Assembly: GCA_045633565.1 (NCBI GenBank)
Contig: JAZQYO010000013.1
Location: forward strand, 1,087 to 65,086
From: Clostridia bacterium
GTDB lineage: Bacteria; Bacillota; Clostridia; RUG12999
Length of the DNA stretch: 64,000 nt
Direction: 5' to 3'
The notes below the pieces were generated by a model, which saw only the letters and a program-made list of their open reading frames with translations, did no database searches and was not told where the DNA came from. The position numbers and the translations under genes are program-made. The first letter of the stretch is position 1. The number at the start of each line of letters is the position of its first letter. Positions 59,788 to 64,000 of this stretch are shown piece after piece.

Positions 59788-60220
59788 ATTGTAGTGTATA
59801 TCCCTGCTTTTTATAATCTTTCGTGTCAATTGCAAACACACAATCAATGTCATACATATAGGGACAATTTCTCAAATAATGCATTTCCTTTGCCTTAACA
59901 GGGTAACCTGGATTTTTGCCTGTTGCAATATGTAGGTGAAAGTCATAATCGCTTTCCTTTGTAAGGGTGAAAGTGCACATATCTTTTGTGGAGGTGTACC
60001 TTGCAAATCGGCTTCTTGAATTAACCGAAAAGAAACAAAATATTTCTAACGAATACTCCGCTGCGCCAAAGGTTTCCACCATATTTTTGGAAGGTACGGT
60101 ATAATGAACAATAATTTCGTGGATTACGCTGTGGGGATAGTCTGATTTTAATTTCTCAACCATTTCATGAACGGAAGAATAAAATTCTCGCTCGGCAAGA
60201 TATGCCTCCAAACTATTCAT
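59786..60220 (-). CDS. Hypothetical protein (144 aa, no recognised family)
   Basis: GGAGGTG RBS before ATG at 60220; ends at a terminator. Confidence 0.65.
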   Translation of the reverse strand: MNSLEAYLAEREFYSSVHEMVEKLKSDYPHSVIHEIIVHYTVPSKNMVETFGAAEYSLEIFCFFSVNSRSRFARYTSTKDMCTFTLTKESDYDFHLHIATGKNPGYPVKAKEMHYLRNCPYMYDIDCVFAIDTKDYKKQGYTLQ

Positions 60221-60241
60221 ATAAAAACACCTCCGCCGTAA

Positions 60242-60405
60242 AAATAAAAAAGTGCGTGACAAAAGCCACGCACTAAAAACGCATGACTCTAATTATCGCG
60301 AAATAATTTCTCACCACTTTAACAGCATGTGAAAATAGAGCATGCATTTTTACCAAAAGTAAAAATACATACTGTTAAAATGGACATGTGAAATTATTTC
60401 GCAAC
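60242..60405 (-). ncRNA. Candidate structured ncRNA/attenuator leader ending in an intrinsic terminator
   Basis: Two stacked helices of 16 and 17 bp closed by G-U wobbles on the minus strand, alternative pairings, terminator AGTGCGTGGC-TTTT-GTCACGCACT-T6; promoter directly upstream. Confidence 0.7.
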
Positions 60406-60408
60406 ATT

Positions 60409-60437
60409 ATTTTAACACAAATTTTTCATTTTTACAA
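60409..60437 (-). promoter_or_regulatory. SigA promoter of the ncRNA/orphan ORF unit
   Basis: TTGTAA-17-TAAAAT with TGn extension; predicted +1 at the base of the long helix. Confidence 0.65.
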
Positions 60438-60493
60438 TAGAATTTAAAAATTTTATTAAATCAGCCTCCCGGCAGGGGAGACTGATTTATATT

Positions 60494-62026
60494 TTATCCT
60501 CTTGGAATTAAAAGCTGATTGCCGGCTTTTAAATTTTTACAGTTGTCGCCGTTTAGTTCTTCTATATATTCCGTTTTGGTATGGTAGCGTTTTGCAATAT
60601 CCCACAGGGTATCATCTTTCTGAACGAAATATAAAACAATTGAGGGGGATTTTGAATCGGCAATTCCGCCGGACTCAATACTTTCCACCATGGTAACTTT
60701 GCCGCACTCTGAAAGCTGCAGACGGCAGGACATAACAATCCGGACATCTATTCCGCCTGAAATTCCAAGGTCAAAATTAACAAGGTTTGTTTCAAGCTCG
60801 GCGGTCGGCACCATATCTGGCGTGCACATTTCTGCAGCTGCCTCAATTTTAAACGGAATTTCTTCGGTGTGAACGGCAATTGGGCATGCTTTGTCATTTA
60901 TAATGCAGAGGCATATTATGTCGAGATAACCGTCAATCTCCGATTTTCCGGCATGGGCAGTTACGCCCGTTACCACAGGTTTAGCGGTCATGTTATATAC
61001 CGACTGGACAGTCATCCCAACATCCGGGCGGACCGAGCAGTTGAGTGTATGGTCAAATTCGCTTGTAAATACAGGGTTTTTCATATTGAGAGTGGAATAT
61101 TTGATATCAAGATTATCAGTCAGACTGTAAACGTCTGTAATGACATTTTCAGATATTGGCATATCAGCGCAGATTTTAACACCTATGCGGACATTTGCAT
61201 TTATAATTCTGACATCGCCGTCCGAATCGGTGGCAAGTGAAAAGTCGCTTTCCTCAATTTCTGTTTTAACATGGCAGAGATGTTCTTCCGAAATGCCTTC
61301 CGCATCAAGAATTTCGGTAAAGGGCATACTATGCCTGCAGCAGTGGACATTTGCGGAGTCTTCGGGCGTATACATATTGCACACCTTAAGGTCGCCTTTA
61401 ATTATAATCTTGCCGGCAATTACCTTAACATCCTTGTTGCAAAGAGAAACATCCGACCTTAAAAGACTGCCGATATTGGGGGTTCCGGATGGCAGGGACA
61501 AAGAGTCAGAAACGGTTATAATATCGCGCATTGTCAGTTGCCGGCTATAACCGCCGAAATGGCAGTGTTTTGTTTGCAGGTTGTCACCGGAGATTTCAAG
61601 CGGGAGCATTACGGGCATATCTGATTCTACACATATTTCCATGCCCACAACTGATTTGATTTTTAATTTGCGACTGTTTATAAGCTCGGGCTCAAGATGT
61701 TCAACCTCGGCGTTTACATTGCAATACATACCCTCGGAAAAATCGGGATTTTCCTCCATGTGGGAAAAGTCGGCGCCCGTATTGATGCAGCATATCCCAT
61801 CGGCATTTTCCGGCTGATAAAGAACCTTGTATGTAACGTGCCCACCTATCATCATTTTGCCGCTTAAAACCTCTGCTCTTGAAACCTTTACAGATGCATC
61901 AATGTGCAGAATTTTCAAAAGGTCGGGTTTTGAGTCACTCACAATGGCGTCCGAATCTACAATTGCCGAAGCATTAAAATCGGCAACCGGCATATTAACC
62001 GACACCTGTTTTTTCTGTATATCCAT
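60494..62026 (-). CDS. SPOCS (DUF3794) repeat plus LysM spore-coat assembly protein (SipL-like)
   Basis: Three 'GK..I.G.....LY' SPOCS-like repeats; C-terminal YFVQK.DTLWDIAKRY LysM; SigE-like TCATA-n-CATATTC upstream (~62064-62093). Confidence 0.85.
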   Translation of the reverse strand: MDIQKKQVSVNMPVADFNASAIVDSDAIVSDSKPDLLKILHIDASVKVSRAEVLSGKMMIGGHVTYKVLYQPENADGICCINTGADFSHMEENPDFSEGMYCNVNAEVEHLEPELINSRKLKIKSVVGMEICVESDMPVMLPLEISGDNLQTKHCHFGGYSRQLTMRDIITVSDSLSLPSGTPNIGSLLRSDVSLCNKDVKVIAGKIIIKGDLKVCNMYTPEDSANVHCCRHSMPFTEILDAEGISEEHLCHVKTEIEESDFSLATDSDGDVRIINANVRIGVKICADMPISENVITDVYSLTDNLDIKYSTLNMKNPVFTSEFDHTLNCSVRPDVGMTVQSVYNMTAKPVVTGVTAHAGKSEIDGYLDIICLCIINDKACPIAVHTEEIPFKIEAAAEMCTPDMVPTAELETNLVNFDLGISGGIDVRIVMSCRLQLSECGKVTMVESIESGGIADSKSPSIVLYFVQKDDTLWDIAKRYHTKTEYIEELNGDNCKNLKAGNQLLIPRG

Positions 62027-62115
62027 TTCATTACCTCCATGTCCGTTTTTTTCTTTCAAAATATGAATATGCGGGGGAAGTGCCGGGTATGACTATATTT
62101 TGATAAAACGCCATA

Positions 62116-62144
62116 TTGACAATAATTTCAAATTGAGGTATAAT
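62116..62144 (+). promoter_or_regulatory. SigA promoter of greA-lysS
   Basis: TTGACA-17-TATAAT. Confidence 0.72.
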
Positions 62145-62181
62145 ATATTCTATATATGATAAAAATCCGGAGGTAATATAA

Positions 62182-62670
62182 ATGGCTACAAAACAGAAGT
62201 TTTTAATGACTCAGGAAGAGTATAATCAGCTGAGCGAACAGCTTGCTTATCTGAAAAATGAAAAGACAAGGGAAATTGCTGAAAAGATAAATCAGGCAAG
62301 AGGTTATGGTGACCTTTCGGAAAACTCAGAATATGATGCAGCAAAACAGGAACAGGCTGAAAATGCTGCACTTATTGCAGAATATGAAGCCAAGCTCAAA
62401 AGTGCTGAAATTGTTGAGCACGACCTTACCGACCTTTCAACTGTAAACATCGGTATGATGGTTTCAATCAAAGATGAAAAGGGCAACGTAAAAAAATATG
62501 AACTCACCGGTGCGACAGCCAATATGTTTGACGCTAAAAATCCTAAGATTTCCAAGGATTCTCCCATCGGCAAAGCTATATTAGGCAAGAAAAAGGGCGA
62601 CACTGCTACAGTGGAAGCACCTGCCGGCACAATGACATTTACTATTGAAGATATATCCAAAAAGAAATAA
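62182..62670 (+). CDS. greA: Transcription elongation factor GreA
   Basis: AR..GDLSEN.EYDAAK, IS..SPIGKA.LG. Confidence 0.96.
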   Translation: MATKQKFLMTQEEYNQLSEQLAYLKNEKTREIAEKINQARGYGDLSENSEYDAAKQEQAENAALIAEYEAKLKSAEIVEHDLTDLSTVNIGMMVSIKDEKGNVKKYELTGATANMFDAKNPKISKDSPIGKAILGKKKGDTATVEAPAGTMTFTIEDISKKK

Positions 62671-62680
62671 GGAGAAAACT

Positions 62681-64000
62681 ATGAGCGAGCAGAATAATAC
62701 TCCTGAAATTGAACTCAGCGAGCTTCTTCAAATCAGAAGAGATAAGCTGACAGAACTTGTAGCAGAAGGAAGAGACCCTTTTGTTATAACAAAATTTGAC
62801 AGAACTCATACATCTAAGGATGTTAAAGAGGGTTATACAACAGAAAAAAGAGAAATTACCAAAAAAGGAACCGAAGAGACAGAAATTATTGATGCTAAAA
62901 TTTCTCCGCTTAACGGTCAGACAGTTGTTCTTGCAGGCAGAATTATGTCAAAACGCGGTATGGGTAAAGTTGGCTTTGTCCATATTGCAGATATGGAAGG
63001 ACAAATTCAGATTTTCGTTAAAAAAGATATGATAGGCGATGAGGAATATGCAAGGTTTAAAAAGCTTGACATAGGCGATATCATCGGTGCTGAGGGGGAG
63101 GTTTTCACTACTCAGACAGGGGAGATTTCTGTAAGAGCTTCCAAAATCACTTTGCTTTCAAAATCTCTTATGACCCTTCCCGAGAAATTCCACGGTATGA
63201 CAAATACCGACCTCAGATACCGTCAGAGATATGTTGACCTTATTATGAACACCGGTGTTAAAGACACCTTTATTAAACGTTCGAAGATTATTTCTGCCAT
63301 CAGAAGTTACCTTAACAATGAAGGATTTTTAGAGGTTGAAACACCAATGCTTGTTTCAAATGCAGGTGGTGCGGCTGCACGTCCTTTTGAGACACATTTT
63401 AATGCACTTGGCGAAGACTTTAAACTTCGTATTTCGCTTGAACTCTACTTAAAGAGACTTATAGTAGGCGGACTCGAAAGAGTATATGAAATCGGCAGGG
63501 TATTCAGAAATGAAGGTCTTGATACAAGACACAATCCTGAATTTACTCTTATGGAGCTTTATCAGGCGTATACAGACTATCATGGTATGATGGACCTTAC
63601 CGAAAAACTTTACCGTCATGTTGCACAGGAAGTTCTGGGAACAACAAAAATAGTGTATAACGGCATTGAAATGGACCTTGGTAAACCATTTGAAAGAATC
63701 ACTATGGTTGATGCGGTTAAAAAATATGCCGGCGTTGATTTTGACGAAATTCATACAACAGAGGAAGCAAAGTTAGTTGCTGACAAACACCACATTGACT
63801 ATGAAGACAGACACAAAAAAGGTGATATCCTTAGTCTTTTCTTCGAAGAATATGTTGAAGAACATCTTATTCAGCCGACGTTTGTTATGGACCATCCCAT
63901 AGAAATTTCTCCGCTTACAAAGAAAAAACCGGAGAACCCCGAATATGTTGAACGTTTCGAGTTCTTTATGAACGGTTGGGAAATGGCAAACGCATACTCC
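62681..64000 (+). CDS. lysS: Lysine--tRNA ligase (class II), runs off the window
   Basis: Manual translation from ATG 62681: IRRDKL, AGRIMSKRGMGK, LPEKFHG, RYRQRY.DL, GGAAARPF.T, YEIGRVFRNEG..HNPEF. Confidence 0.96.
   Translation, partial: MSEQNNTPEIELSELLQIRRDKLTELVAEGRDPFVITKFDRTHTSKDVKEGYTTEKREITKKGTEETEIIDAKISPLNGQTVVLAGRIMSKRGMGKVGFVHIADMEGQIQIFVKKDMIGDEEYARFKKLDIGDIIGAEGEVFTTQTGEISVRASKITLLSKSLMTLPEKFHGMTNTDLRYRQRYVDLIMNTGVKDTFIKRSKIISAIRSYLNNEGFLEVETPMLVSNAGGAAARPFETHFNALGEDFKLRISLELYLKRLIVGGLERVYEIGRVFRNEGLDTRHNPEFTLMELYQAYTDYHGMMDLTEKLYRHVAQEVLGTTKIVYNGIEMDLGKPFERITMVDAVKKYAGVDFDEIHTTEEAKLVADKHHIDYEDRHKKGDILSLFFEEYVEEHLIQPTFVMDHPIEISPLTKKKPENPEYVERFEFFMNGWEMANAYS

Overview
Chromosomal segment of a low-GC, spore-forming Clostridia-type bacterium. 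An Oscillospirales/Monoglobales-like lineage is inferred from DUF3502 lipoproteins, copper-amine-oxidase-N 'stalk' proteins, tepA and a SPOCS/LysM coat gene. Most of the window is housekeeping: ecfA1A2T, lon, cdaAR, a polar amino-acid ABC transporter, gltX, the rpmH-rnpA-yidD-yidC-jag operon (detached from dnaA), metA, ispE, radA, rubrerythrin and a flavodiiron protein, yceD-rpmF, der-plsY plus a cell-wall polysaccharide cluster, tig-clpP-clpX, and greA-lysS. It also carries tRNA-Thr(GGT) and a preQ1-I riboswitch. The most unusual elements are: (i) a promoter, a ~160-nt highly structured RNA with alternative pairings, a terminator and an orphan ORF behind clpX; (ii) a RAYT HUH transposase whose catalytic motif is bracketed by an inverted REP pair inside its own ORF, followed by small gene modules separated by three near-identical palindromes; (iii) a precursor-less kinase/PqqD(RRE)/S26-peptidase cassette next to the tRNA; (iv) a ~133-bp palindromic MITE-like insert behind rpmF. 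No CRISPR array, rRNA or prophage was seen. All family assignments come from motif recognition, not database searches. Several start codons were moved to the nearest RBS-supported position.
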